Source: Acinetobacter sp. (GTDB lineage: Bacteria; Pseudomonadota; Gammaproteobacteria; Pseudomonadales; Moraxellaceae). Taken from it: 64,000 nt of DNA. Position 1 is the first letter of the stretch, and each line of letters starts with the position of its first letter. Of the stretch, positions 1-10,132 are shown in pieces. The stretch is from the NCBI RefSeq assembly GCF_041919735.1, contig NZ_JAYRTF010000016.1, positions 14,459 through 78,458 of the forward strand, read 5' to 3'. The position numbers and the translations under genes were made by a program. A model generated the notes under the pieces. It did no database searches. It had not been told where the DNA came from and was given only the letters and a program-made list of their open reading frames with translations.

Positions 1-3000
1 GCTTCCTGGAACGGTTTGCCCATATAGTGCGTTACGCCTAAGCTGAATGCGCGCTCGCGGTGTTTTTCGCCGGTACGCGATGTAATCATGATAATCGGCA
101 AGTCCTGATGAATGTCATGGTGACGCACGAGGTTCGTCACCTCAAAGCCATCCATACGCGGCATTTCAATATCCAGCAGCATCAGATCCGGTCTTACGTT
201 CTCCAGCTGCTCCATGGCATCGACACCGTCTTTTGCTGTAACCACATCAAACCCTTGGCGTTCCAGCAGGCGCGACGTAACTTTACGTACAGTCACAGAG
301 TCATCGACAATCATCACTAAGCGGCGCGCATTGCCATGACGTGAAAGATCACGCTGGTCTTTATTGTTCGAAACACGCTGCGTGGTTTGAATTTGGCGGG
401 CAATGTTCTGTCCATCCAAAATCAAGCAGACTTGGCCATCCCCCAGAATGGTTGCGCCGGCAATGGCGCCAACATTCGAGAATTGCTGGCCAATCGGTTT
501 CACCACAATCTGCGCACGCGAACCGATCAGCTGATCGACCAGCAATGCAATGGTCTGGCCGCTGTTGCCTTTAATCAGCAGCACTGGCAATGAGTGCGCG
601 ACTTGGCCCAAACGCGGTGCAGGCTGATTCGAGACAAATTCAGACAAATAGCGCAGCTTATAGTGCGTATTGTCAATTTTGAAAGTATCGGCTCTGCTGC
701 TGAAATAATCTTCCAGCGCTGAAGGCGCAATACGGACAATACGGTCAATTTGCGCCAAGGAAATCGCAAACTGCTGATCACCGGCTTTCACCATCAAGGC
801 ATCGCTGACCGCCACAGTGGTCGGCACACGGATGGTAAAGGTTGTGCCCTTGCCCAGTTCCGATTCCACCATAACATGGCCGCCCAGCGCCTTGATTTCA
901 CTTTGCACCACATCCAGACCGACACCGCGTCCAGAAATTTGCGTAACCGATTGCGCAGTACTGAAGCCCGGATGGAAAATCAGCTGCAGGATTTCCTGCT
1001 TTTCCATCACTTGATTGGCTTTGATCAAGCCTTGGCTCAAGGCCTTGGCTTTAATCTTCTCTTCGTCAATGCCTTTACCGTCATCACTGAAGGAAACCAA
1101 GACATCTGTGCCTTGACGGCTGATGTTCAAGACAATATTGCCGACAGCAGGCTTATTCTGCTCTAAACGGTCGCCGGCATCTTCCAGGCCATGGTCAATC
1201 GCATTTCGGAGCATATGCTCAAAAGGCGTCACCAAACGTTCCAGAATCGTACGGTCCAGCTCGCCTTCGGTATTCTGCACAATCAATTCTGCAGGACGGT
1301 TTAACGTAGATGAAGTTTGACGCACAATACGCTGCAAACGCGGCAGCATCCGTGAAAACGGCACCAAACGGGTACGCATCAAGCTTTCCTGAATTTCAGC
1401 CTGAATACGTGATTGCTGCAGCAGCAGGCCTTCCGTATCACGGATTTTTTCAGACAGCGTGCTCTTGAAATCGACCAAATCCGACGCAGATTCCGCAAGT
1501 GATTTGGAGAGCTGATTCAATGATGAATATTGGTCCATCTCCAGCGGGTCAAAATCAGCATAGCGTGAGTGGTCTGAGCCGTGTTTAGCAATAATCTGAG
1601 ATTCAAGTTCACCGTCCATTCGGCGCAGCTGATCCGCTAAACGCTTAATAGCCAATTCCATTTCATTCAAGGTATTGCCCAGCTGGCCCAGATCCATCTC
1701 AATACGCGAACGGTTAATGGAGTTTTCACCCGCCAAGTCAATCATTTTCTCAACAAGATCTGCCGAAATACGGATCATCTCATTGCTGTTGTCTGACTTG
1801 AGCGTATCTGTCCATTCACCCTGCATCGAAGGCGGCTCGACGCCATCCCCCTGAATGAATTCAAAGCCGCGCACTGCCGGCGTTTGCGCAGAACGGCTGA
1901 AGTTGTCCGGCAGCTGCGCTGTGACGTTGGAAAATTCAATCGAATCCAGACTGAACTTAATGCTGTCAAAATTGCTGTAATCTTTTTCAAAGATTGCCTG
2001 CTTTAACCAGCTGACGGTGGTTTGCAGCAAATTATCGTAGGCATTTGAACTGAAATGATGAACCGCAAATTGTTCAAAGGTGGTTTCCAGCTGATAAGCA
2101 ATCGCCGCAACAGGCTCATTCTCCACCATGCGCGCGCCGCCTTTAATACTGTGGGCTGCACGCTGCAATTGAAGCAAGATGCTACGGTCGCTGCGCTGTT
2201 CAAACCATTGCGTTAAAAGCGCTTCGGTATGGATTAAAACTTCTTCAGCTTCTTCCAAGAAGGTTTCTTCAACCACTGAACGCAGCGCGGCATCTTCATC
2301 AGAAAGCGCTGATGAAGCAGGCTCAGCAATCGGCTGTTCTGCTGCCGCCACCTCACCCAAAGCGTCTTCAGCAGCACCTTCAACCGCCTCAGGTTTTCGC
2401 TCTTCTGCAATTTTTGCTTCTTCTGCTGGTACAGATAGTTCTTCTTCAACCGCTTCAGCTTGCGCTGCTTCAGACACTGGCGCAGTTTCTGCAGCAGCGG
2501 CAATTGCACTGCCGCCAGCAATCGATTGAATATTTTGAACAATATCAATTACTGCATCCCCAGGATAATCGACACCCTGATCACGGATAGTTTGAATACG
2601 GTCAGAAACATCATCCTGAACTAAGCGGATAATTCGAATTAATACCGGGTTAACCGCAATTTGATTGCGGATAATGCGTTCATAGACGGATTCAAGCTCA
2701 TGCGCAATCAAACCGATATGCGATGCAGAAATCATGTTTGCGCCGCCCTTCAGGGTGTGCAAATAACGCATCAAGTTGTTCAAGGCGCCAATATTGCTTT
2801 GATCTTGCGTCCAAGTACTCAAATCAGCATCAATGCCTGCCAGCAATTCCTCAGCTTCTTCCAGGAAAATCGCCAGCAAGTCTTCATCAAAGTCCGTATT
2901 GGCCTGCTCCGCATTCTGCGTGCGTGCAGAGGCAATACGCTGGCTGAGCTGCGCATAATCCACGCCAGCCGATGCTGCTAAAATAATGGCAGCTGGCTCT

Positions 3001-4412
3001 GATTGTGCCGGCACCGCCGCCGCTTCGATATCCTGCTGTACAAATGCAGTGAGTTCATGCAGCAGCTTTTGCGCTTCCGCACCCAGCACAACACGCTGGC
3101 CTGCAGCCAATGTATCGAATAAATGAATAAATTCTTGATGCGCTTGGGCAAACAGCTCAAAAGCATAGTTCAGATTCAGCAGTTCCGGTTTTTCCACCAG
3201 CACGTCATAGCCGCACTTTAATTCTTGGGTGAAATCATGAATGCCTGCAGATGCGCGGTTGTCCGTATGCTCTAAAAGCAGCTGCGACTGTGCGCTTAAA
3301 GTACGCAGATAATCGGGGAATTCCGCTTGCGCGCGGCTGTCAAATTCAAATTCGGCATCCAGCAGCTGATCAATATTCAACTCAATCAGCTTAGACACCA
3401 AGCCTTGCGGATTTAAATCTTCGCTGATTTCTTCAGCGGCAAAGCCGTAATCATTCCAAGCGGTATTGAATGTCTCATAAATTGCATCCAGCTGATGGCT
3501 GGCGCCCTGACGCATGGTCAGCAGATAATCCCGCACAAATTCAGCATACTGAATCAGCAAAGCGGTTTCTTTAGAAGTCGAAACAATGTCTTCTTGCAGC
3601 AGCGTCTTGAACAGATTCTCAACTTTTGAGCTGGCCTCAAAAATCTGATCAATTTGCGCCATGGATGAACTGCCGCGCAAAGTATGCAGCGCGCGGATCA
3701 GGCCATTGTAATCTTGATGTTTTTCATTTTCAGTTTTCAGAAACTGATCAATGGCATGCAGATGCTCTTCTGCTTCTTCAATAAAGATCGCCACTGTTTC
3801 TTCAATATAGCTGTCATCACTTGCAGCCGGAGCCTCAGTGCCTGCCGGATCAGCAATGGCCGCTTCTGCGCCTGCCGGTTCATCAGCCAATTCCAGACCG
3901 GTTACAGCCTGTTCTGAATTCAGCGTATCCGCCAGCGCCAGCAATTCCTGCAATGCAGGTTCAGGGCTTAAGCCTTGCTGCAGCTGCTGTCCAAGCATCA
4001 CCAGCGGACGCAAATCAACATCCAGCTCTGCCACTGTTTTAAACCGCGGGTAAAGTTTATATTGATAAACATTTAAAACCGTTTGGGCAAATTTCTGGAT
4101 CACTGGCGTCAGCGTAATGCTGCCTGAAAGGACACGGTTCAGCGTGTCTTCTACAACCCATGCCGTTTCACCGGCAGATTTAGCCCCCACCATGCGGCCA
4201 GACCCTTTTAAGGTATGGAAATGACGGCGAATCGTAGTCAGCGTTTCTTGATTGTTCGGTTCTTCTAGCCAACCCGTAAATAAAGAATTTAATTCAGCAA
4301 AGATCTCTTCTATTTCTTCAACAAAAATTTCTAAAATTTCTGCATCTTGATCTAGATAGCTATCTTCCGGAAGCGTAGTCGTTTCTACTAAATTTTTTAA
4401 TATTTCTTTCAT
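1..4412 (-). CDS. chpA: ChpA, CheA-like hybrid histidine kinase/response regulator of the Pil-Chp system (3' end runs off the window start)
   Basis: Absent from the ORF track because the stop lies outside the window. Read by hand from ATG at 4412 (MKEILKNLVET). The same frame gives four Hpt motifs (HTLKG ~4216, HTLRG ~3685, HTLKG ~2758, HSIKG ~2152), the kinase motif HMLRNAIDHG (~1200) and the receiver end GVTHYMGKPFQE at the edge. Lies downstream of pilJ. Confidence 0.93.
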   Translation of the reverse strand, partial: MKEILKNLVETTTLPEDSYLDQDAEILEIFVEEIEEIFAELNSLFTGWLEEPNNQETLTTIRRHFHTLKGSGRMVGAKSAGETAWVVEDTLNRVLSGSITLTPVIQKFAQTVLNVYQYKLYPRFKTVAELDVDLRPLVMLGQQLQQGLSPEPALQELLALADTLNSEQAVTGLELADEPAGAEAAIADPAGTEAPAASDDSYIEETVAIFIEEAEEHLHAIDQFLKTENEKHQDYNGLIRALHTLRGSSSMAQIDQIFEASSKVENLFKTLLQEDIVSTSKETALLIQYAEFVRDYLLTMRQGASHQLDAIYETFNTAWNDYGFAAEEISEDLNPQGLVSKLIELNIDQLLDAEFEFDSRAQAEFPDYLRTLSAQSQLLLEHTDNRASAGIHDFTQELKCGYDVLVEKPELLNLNYAFELFAQAHQEFIHLFDTLAAGQRVVLGAEAQKLLHELTAFVQQDIEAAAVPAQSEPAAIILAASAGVDYAQLSQRIASARTQNAEQANTDFDEDLLAIFLEEAEELLAGIDADLSTWTQDQSNIGALNNLMRYLHTLKGGANMISASHIGLIAHELESVYERIIRNQIAVNPVLIRIIRLVQDDVSDRIQTIRDQGVDYPGDAVIDIVQNIQSIAGGSAIAAAAETAPVSEAAQAEAVEEELSVPAEEAKIAEERKPEAVEGAAEDALGEVAAAEQPIAEPASSALSDEDAALRSVVEETFLEEAEEVLIHTEALLTQWFEQRSDRSILLQLQRAAHSIKGGARMVENEPVAAIAYQLETTFEQFAVHHFSSNAYDNLLQTTVSWLKQAIFEKDYSNFDSIKFSLDSIEFSNVTAQLPDNFSRSAQTPAVRGFEFIQGDGVEPPSMQGEWTDTLKSDNSNEMIRISADLVEKMIDLAGENSINRSRIEMDLGQLGNTLNEMELAIKRLADQLRRMDGELESQIIAKHGSDHSRYADFDPLEMDQYSSLNQLSKSLAESASDLVDFKSTLSEKIRDTEGLLLQQSRIQAEIQESLMRTRLVPFSRMLPRLQRIVRQTSSTLNRPAELIVQNTEGELDRTILERLVTPFEHMLRNAIDHGLEDAGDRLEQNKPAVGNIVLNISRQGTDVLVSFSDDGKGIDEEKIKAKALSQGLIKANQVMEKQEILQLIFHPGFSTAQSVTQISGRGVGLDVVQSEIKALGGHVMVESELGKGTTFTIRVPTTVAVSDALMVKAGDQQFAISLAQIDRIVRIAPSALEDYFSSRADTFKIDNTHYKLRYLSEFVSNQPAPRLGQVAHSLPVLLIKGNSGQTIALLVDQLIGSRAQIVVKPIGQQFSNVGAIAGATILGDGQVCLILDGQNIARQIQTTQRVSNNKDQRDLSRHGNARRLVMIVDDSVTVRKVTSRLLERQGFDVVTAKDGVDAMEQLENVRPDLMLLDIEMPRMDGFEVTNLVRHHDIHQDLPIIMITSRTGEKHRERAFSLGVTHYMGKPFQE

Positions 4413-4532
4413 AGCTCAGGCTTCTTACGTTTTGCCACCAAGCAGGGTGCTCAAACTTAATTGTAACCATCACACGAGACCCGGCTTATTCTATGCAGAG
4501 TTCATCTTGATGAGGCATTATCTGTGTTTTGT

Positions 4533-4562
4533 GATGCGCCTTGCTCTGAAGCAAGGCGCATC
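4533..4562. other. GC-rich 12-bp stem-loop between pilJ and chpA with no U-tract
   Basis: gatgcgccttgc-tctgaa-gcaaggcgcatc is a perfect inverted repeat. Confidence 0.6.
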
Positions 4563-4578
4563 CCCCTAAGCCTTTGAC

Positions 4579-6651
4579 TTATTCTGGAAGTTTAAAGTCA
4601 GATACAGATTCACGTAATGATTCGGCCATGTTTGCCAATTCAGATACCGAACGTGCAGTATCAAAGGTTGCACTGGTGGTTTGCGAGGTAATTTCCTGTA
4701 CAACGTTCATCGTTGTCGCAATATGGCCTGCAGATGCAGACTGCAGTTTCGCGGCATCAGAAATGTTCGCAATCAGTTTCGCCAAGTTGCCCGATACGTT
4801 CTGAATTTCATCCAGCGCGACACCGGCATCCTTAGACAAGTTCGCACCGCGTACAACTTCCGAGGTGGTTTGTTCCATGGAAATAACCGCTTCGTTGGTA
4901 TCGGTCTGAATGGTTTTTACCAAGCCTTCGATCTGTTTGGTTGCAGACGCTGAACGTTCCGCAAGACGCTGTACCTCATCCGCTACCACGGCGAAACCGC
5001 GGCCTGCTTCACCCGCCATAGACGCCTGAATTGCAGCGTTCAAGGCCAAGATGTTCGTCTGGTCGGCAATATCGTTAATCAAGGCAACGATGTTACCAAT
5101 CTCTTGAGAAGATTCACCCAAACGCTTAATACGTTTCGATGTTTCCTGGATCTGTTCACGAATCGTGTCCATACCCTCAATTGAGCGGTTTACAACTTGC
5201 GCGCCGTTTGCAGCGATTTGTACTGAACGTTCCGCTACCTCTGCTGACTCTTCTGCGTTGGCAGATACTTGGTCAATTGACACCGCCATTTCGTTAATTG
5301 CGGCAGATGCGCCTGCAATTTCCTGCGCCTGATGTTCAGATGCTTCGGCTAACTGGTTGGTAATGCCCTGCGTATTTGCCGTATATTGCGCAACTTCCTG
5401 CGATGTTTCTGTAATACGCGATACAAGGTCACGCAGCTGGTCAATCGCGAAGTTGATGGAGTCGGCAATCGCACCCGTGAAGTCTTCAGATACGGTTGCA
5501 TATGAACGCAAGTCACCGTCCGCTAAGTCCGCAATCTCATCCAGCAGTCGCAAAATCGCATTTTGGTTACGGTCATATTCATCCTGCAGGCGGGTTACGC
5601 GCTGCTTATCTGATTGGCCGCGCAGTGCAAGCAAACGGAATACGCAGATCAAGAAGCCGACCAAGCACAGCAATAAGAACAGCGCTGGAATCGCAATCGC
5701 CAAGTTTGAACCGCTTGAAAGCTTGTTCAAATTGGTCAGCAGTTCATCTGACTGTGCAAAAATAGAAGCAGATGCTTGACGCACTTTAACGATTTGCGTT
5801 GAGTTTTTCAGAATGATGGCTGATGCTGATTTCAATACATCATCATATTCAGATTTGATGCCAGTCAGAGACTCGCGCAATGCCGGATCAGAAAGGCGCT
5901 CCACACCTAATTCCGCGCTGCCGTTCAGCTGCGCATTCAAGTATGAACCGAAAGTTTCAGTATCGGCACTGAAGTCATCCGCTGATTCACGTGAGCTTTC
6001 GTTGCCGGTTAAGACTGAACTGATTGAACGCAAGATACGTTCCGCAATGAACACCTGGTTCTTGGCAATCACAACCTGGTTCGACGGCATATCCTGACGC
6101 GCCATCTGGTCAACCATCAAGTTGTATTCAGCCTGAATACCTGGAATGGTTTCACCAATCGCAATGTTCGTATCATACAGTTTGTTAATGATTTTTTGCT
6201 GTGATGAAATCAAGGTAATGCTGTCAGAAACTTGCTTCCACTGCGCTTCTACAGATTTCAGCGCCTGAGTTGAAGCATGCGTATCTTTTACTACTTCTAA
6301 ATTTTCAGCAAAAGATTTTTGAGATTCTGTCAGTTTTTTAATGGACTCAGGCGTACCGGAAGCGGTTGCTTCTGTGGCTTGACGTGAAATTGTTTGCGAC
6401 AGCAGACGCAATTCACCCAAGCTTCGCGTCAATTCATTGTTGCGCGGCACACTATAGAATAGGTAAAGCAAAATGAAAATTGCGACAAATAGACAGAAGG
6501 CTGCGCCTAGAATGAGCGGCTTAGACTTTTCACTATCACCAAATACACGCGATAACTGTTCTGTTTGTGATTGAAACTTGGCTATTAAAGCATTTCCGCC
6601 TTTACGGCCAGCGCTTTCGCCTGTATTTTTCTTCTTAAGTTTAAAGCCCAT
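4579..6651 (-). CDS. pilJ: PilJ methyl-accepting chemotaxis protein
   Basis: Two TM segments, HAMP region, MCP signalling motif [30 protein letters not shown]; position in the pil-chp operon. Confidence 0.95.
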   Translation of the reverse strand: MGFKLKKKNTGESAGRKGGNALIAKFQSQTEQLSRVFGDSEKSKPLILGAAFCLFVAIFILLYLFYSVPRNNELTRSLGELRLLSQTISRQATEATASGTPESIKKLTESQKSFAENLEVVKDTHASTQALKSVEAQWKQVSDSITLISSQQKIINKLYDTNIAIGETIPGIQAEYNLMVDQMARQDMPSNQVVIAKNQVFIAERILRSISSVLTGNESSRESADDFSADTETFGSYLNAQLNGSAELGVERLSDPALRESLTGIKSEYDDVLKSASAIILKNSTQIVKVRQASASIFAQSDELLTNLNKLSSGSNLAIAIPALFLLLCLVGFLICVFRLLALRGQSDKQRVTRLQDEYDRNQNAILRLLDEIADLADGDLRSYATVSEDFTGAIADSINFAIDQLRDLVSRITETSQEVAQYTANTQGITNQLAEASEHQAQEIAGASAAINEMAVSIDQVSANAEESAEVAERSVQIAANGAQVVNRSIEGMDTIREQIQETSKRIKRLGESSQEIGNIVALINDIADQTNILALNAAIQASMAGEAGRGFAVVADEVQRLAERSASATKQIEGLVKTIQTDTNEAVISMEQTTSEVVRGANLSKDAGVALDEIQNVSGNLAKLIANISDAAKLQSASAGHIATTMNVVQEITSQTTSATFDTARSVSELANMAESLRESVSDFKLPE

Positions 6652-6693
6652 GCAGCTTCTCCCCGTTTCAGCCTACCTGTTTAGGTGCGACAA

Positions 6694-7230
6694 TTAATTT
6701 ATAAATTTTATTGATGCGTTCATATATTTAGGATTTTGCATCAAGCTGCTGAATAAGAAGACATGCCACTGCTGATTGTGCTGGTGGAAATAGCCTTTGC
6801 AATATTCCTGTAGATTGCTGTCTAATTCAGTGCCTGCAGAAAAGTAACTTTTCTTATTAAAATGCTGGATCCCCAAAACCTGATCGACGACTAAACCGAC
6901 ATAATGGTCATTATGACTGATGCACAAAACTTTTTGAGTCGGTGAGTAACTGCTTCTTTGCCCCGTAATGTACTGCGCCAAATCAGACACAGACAATAAG
7001 CGTCCCCGGATATTCGCCAGCCCCTGCACCCAAGACTGCGTATTCGGCACTGGGGTGCATTTAGGCGGATAAATCACTTCAGATACTTCACCCAAAGGGG
7101 CAACAAAATATTGCCCCATCATCTCAAAAGCAATGCCTGACCATCGGTTTACTTCGTTTTCAGTCGAAACGTAGTTTTTATTGCCACGTTTTGCAATTCG
7201 AAGTAATTCGATAAATCCATTCGCTGCCAT
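6694..7230 (-). CDS. pilI: PilI, CheW-like coupling protein
   Basis: CheW motif VPNTQSWVQGLANIRGRLLSVSDL; lies between pilH and pilJ. Confidence 0.92.
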   Translation of the reverse strand: MAANGFIELLRIAKRGNKNYVSTENEVNRWSGIAFEMMGQYFVAPLGEVSEVIYPPKCTPVPNTQSWVQGLANIRGRLLSVSDLAQYITGQRSSYSPTQKVLCISHNDHYVGLVVDQVLGIQHFNKKSYFSAGTELDSNLQEYCKGYFHQHNQQWHVFLFSSLMQNPKYMNASIKFIN

Positions 7231-7236
7231 AGAGCT

Positions 7237-7605
7237 TTACCCTGCATTGAGGTGGTGCTTAATCACATCAATTAATTGCTGTTCATCAACAGGCTTAGTC
7301 AGATAATCAGATGCGCCTTGGCGTTTGCCCCATACGCGGTCTGTTGCCTGATCTTTAGTGCTGACAATAACGATAGGAATGTGCTTTGTCGTCGCGCCAC
7401 GTGAAATTTGGCGGGTTGCCTGAAAACCGTTTACGCCTGGCATAACCACATCCATCAGCACTAAATCTGGCAATTCCGCTTCCGCCATAGTGACACCATC
7501 TGCACCGTTTGAAGCTTCAATCACTTCAAAGCCGTGCTTGCTCAGTATTTCTTTAAAACGGAAAGTTTCTGTCGGTGAATCGTCCACGATTAGAATACGC
7601 GCCAT
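7237..7605 (-). CDS. pilH: PilH single-domain response regulator
   Basis: MARILIVDDSPT, DLVLMDVVMPGVNGFQATR, KDQATDRVWGKRQGA. Confidence 0.95.
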   Translation of the reverse strand: MARILIVDDSPTETFRFKEILSKHGFEVIEASNGADGVTMAEAELPDLVLMDVVMPGVNGFQATRQISRGATTKHIPIVIVSTKDQATDRVWGKRQGASDYLTKPVDEQQLIDVIKHHLNAG

Positions 7606-7630
7606 TCCATTCCCCTAAAATAAATCTTAA

Positions 7631-8014
7631 TTATACAGTTACGTGATTACGGATAGCATTCAGCAATTCATCCTTGCTGAATGGTTTTGTCAAATATTCA
7701 TCTGAACCCACGACACGTCCTTTTGCCTGGTCAAACAAGCCGTCTTTACTTGAAAGCATGACGACTGGAATATTTTGATAATTTTGCGAGTTTTTAATTA
7801 ATGCGCAGGTTTGGTAACCGTCAAGGCGCGGCATCATGATGTCCACAAAAACAATATCAGGGTTTGCTTCAGCAATTTTTGACAATGCTTCAAAACCGTC
7901 TACTGCTGTGACAACTTCACACCCTTCACGCTGCAGCAACGTTTCTGCTGTACGGCGGATGGTCTTTGAATCATCAATCACCATGACTTTTAAATTTTGG
8001 AATTTTTCGTCCAT
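7631..8014 (-). CDS. pilG: PilG single-domain response regulator
   Basis: VMVIDDSKTIRRTAETLL, FVDIMMPRLDGYQTCALIK, SSKDGLFDQAKGRVVGS. Confidence 0.95.
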   Translation of the reverse strand: MDEKFQNLKVMVIDDSKTIRRTAETLLQREGCEVVTAVDGFEALSKIAEANPDIVFVDIMMPRLDGYQTCALIKNSQNYQNIPVVMLSSKDGLFDQAKGRVVGSDEYLTKPFSKDELLNAIRNHVTV

Positions 8015-8341
8015 TTTAATGACCCTACCATTTATATGTGCTTGCCAATTTTATCAGCAGCTATATTTTTACAAGTTATTAACATTTTTAACATATGTTT
8101 ACTTGCATTTTCAATGAACAATTTCTGCTCGAATGCACAGTAAGCCCCAATAACAACAACCTATTCACACTTTCAGATGACTGGAAAATTTTTTTTATCT
8201 GAGAATAGTTTTTAATTCTAGCGATTAGGACTAATATAACATTTTATTACTTTAAAATAAGTAATTTAGTCAACTTTAAACTGGGGAGTCCAATGTTGAG
8301 TCAGTTTCTGACAAAAACTTACTTTCATTGAATATAAAAGC

Positions 8342-8938
8342 ATGTCTAAAAAAATAATTTTAATCGCCTGCTTATTATCAAATGCTGTCTTTGCAGCAGC
8401 CCCGGCTCAGCAGTCTAAAGCAGCCTGGTACCGCTATTATGACAGCAGAGGCGTTGCGAACATCAGCACCAATGTCACCCCCAATCACATCCGCTACGGA
8501 TATGAAGCGCTTGATCAGAATATGCAAGTAATTAAACGTAATCAGCCTTACAATGTCGAAGCAGACATGAAGCAAGCGCCGCAGCGCGCAGCTCAAGCCC
8601 AACTTCACGATTCCGACAGCAAGCTGAAACGCGCCTACGGCACCAGCAATACCGCAATGCTGAAAAAGAAAGATGCGCTGCAGCAAATCAACAAACAGCT
8701 GGTCTTTCAGCAAGAACAGTTAAAACAGCTGCAGAATGACCGTATTTTATTTATCCGTCAGGAACGTGAGCATTTCCGCAAAGGCGAAGCTGTGCCTGCG
8801 CAATTAAAAACGACACTCTCGAATAATCAAAAAAACATTGTGGCGAAAAAAGAATCCATTCAATCTTTACAAACAAGCTATCGAAATACGGCAGCAGAAT
8901 ACGACAGAATTATTGCGCGTTTAAAAGCTATGGAATAA
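8342..8938 (+). CDS. Secreted protein with an N-terminal WYRYYD motif (DUF4124-like) and a C-terminal coiled coil
   Basis: 198-aa ORF with a Sec signal peptide (AVFA) and a Gln/Lys-rich heptad region; divergent from pilG. Confidence 0.7.
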   Translation: MSKKIILIACLLSNAVFAAAPAQQSKAAWYRYYDSRGVANISTNVTPNHIRYGYEALDQNMQVIKRNQPYNVEADMKQAPQRAAQAQLHDSDSKLKRAYGTSNTAMLKKKDALQQINKQLVFQQEQLKQLQNDRILFIRQEREHFRKGEAVPAQLKTTLSNNQKNIVAKKESIQSLQTSYRNTAAEYDRIIARLKAME

Positions 8939-8990
8939 CGCTATAGAAGATTCAAGCGCTATGGTTGACAGCTGAATACAAAGGACGATT

Positions 8991-10109
8991 ATGCAATCTC
9001 TTGCCCGATTTTACGGAAAAAACCCTGCCCAGCTTTTTAAAATCAGCCTGCTTTGCCTTAGCGCCACGCTTGCCGCATGCCAAAAAGAAAACACCGCACA
9101 GCCTGCGGAAAGCGTAAAAAAAATTGAACTCATTCAGCAAGATTTAACCTCAGTAAAGCATGGCGAATCCATCAGCAAAACAGACTTTACCGGCACGATC
9201 CGTGCAGTCAATCAAAGCAGCATTCAAGCGCAAGTGACGGCCACAGCAACATCCGTCAGCGCCCAAGTTGGCCAATCGGTCACGAAAGGCCAAGTGCTGG
9301 TACGCTTGAACAATCAGGACAATGCCGCCCGTTTAGCGCAATCGCAAGCTAATTTAGCTTCAGCGCAAGCGCAGGCCAATCAGGCCAAACTGATGATGCA
9401 GCGCAAGCAGCGCCTGCTGAATCAAGGCTTTATTTCTCAAGTTGAATTTGAACAAAGCCGAGTTGACTATCAAGCGCAGCTGGAAAATGTCAATGTGCAG
9501 CAATCCAGTGTAGATATTGCCCGTAAAGCCGATCAGGACGGTACGATTTACAGCCCGATCAGCGGCGTGATCACCAAACGCCAAGTCGAACCTGGGCAAA
9601 CCGTTGCAGCCGGCGCCACCCTGTTTGAAATTGTCGATCCAAACCATTTGGAAATTCAAGCGCAGCTGCCAAGCGATATGCAGTCGGCCTTGAAAATCGG
9701 CCAAAACATTGAATACCGCATTCAGGGCAACCCCAATACGCTGACCGCCTCACTTTCACGGATCTCCCCTATTGCCGACCCGGCCAGCCGCCAAATTGAA
9801 TTTTTTGCGCAGCCTTCTGAACGTATTAATTCTTTGAGCATCGGCGCTTTTGTTGAGGGATCTATTTTAGCTTCCAATGCCATTTCCGGTCAGATTATTC
9901 CGCTCGATACCATTCAAAACATAGACAGCAAACCGTATGTCTGGGTGGTGCGCAATCAAAAAATCCTCCGCGTGAACCTGAACATTTTAGAACAGCGCTA
10001 CAGTGACAATAGCGCTGTAGTGCAAGGACTGCAGAACAGCGACCTGATCAGCCGCGTTAAATTTACTGAAGACGATATTCAGCGCCCTGTCAGCATCAAT
10101 CGAGAATAA
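8991..10109 (+). CDS. RND efflux periplasmic adaptor (membrane fusion protein)
   Basis: Lipobox-like TLAAC, lipoyl/hairpin motifs (IYSPISGVITKRQVEPGQTV); directly upstream of the RND permease. Confidence 0.92.
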   Translation: MQSLARFYGKNPAQLFKISLLCLSATLAACQKENTAQPAESVKKIELIQQDLTSVKHGESISKTDFTGTIRAVNQSSIQAQVTATATSVSAQVGQSVTKGQVLVRLNNQDNAARLAQSQANLASAQAQANQAKLMMQRKQRLLNQGFISQVEFEQSRVDYQAQLENVNVQQSSVDIARKADQDGTIYSPISGVITKRQVEPGQTVAAGATLFEIVDPNHLEIQAQLPSDMQSALKIGQNIEYRIQGNPNTLTASLSRISPIADPASRQIEFFAQPSERINSLSIGAFVEGSILASNAISGQIIPLDTIQNIDSKPYVWVVRNQKILRVNLNILEQRYSDNSAVVQGLQNSDLISRVKFTEDDIQRPVSINRE

Positions 10110-10132
10110 ATAAAAAAAGCAGGATAGCGGTT

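Noticed and set aside
60-4053. Many short ORFs in the track over the first 4.4 kb
   Set aside because: They are antisense or off-frame shadows of the single long chpA frame, which the track missed because it runs off the window.
1-8014. No pilK (CheR) or chpB (CheB) between pilJ and chpA
   Set aside because: This matches the reduced pil-chp operon known from Acinetobacter, and genes beyond chpA are outside the window.
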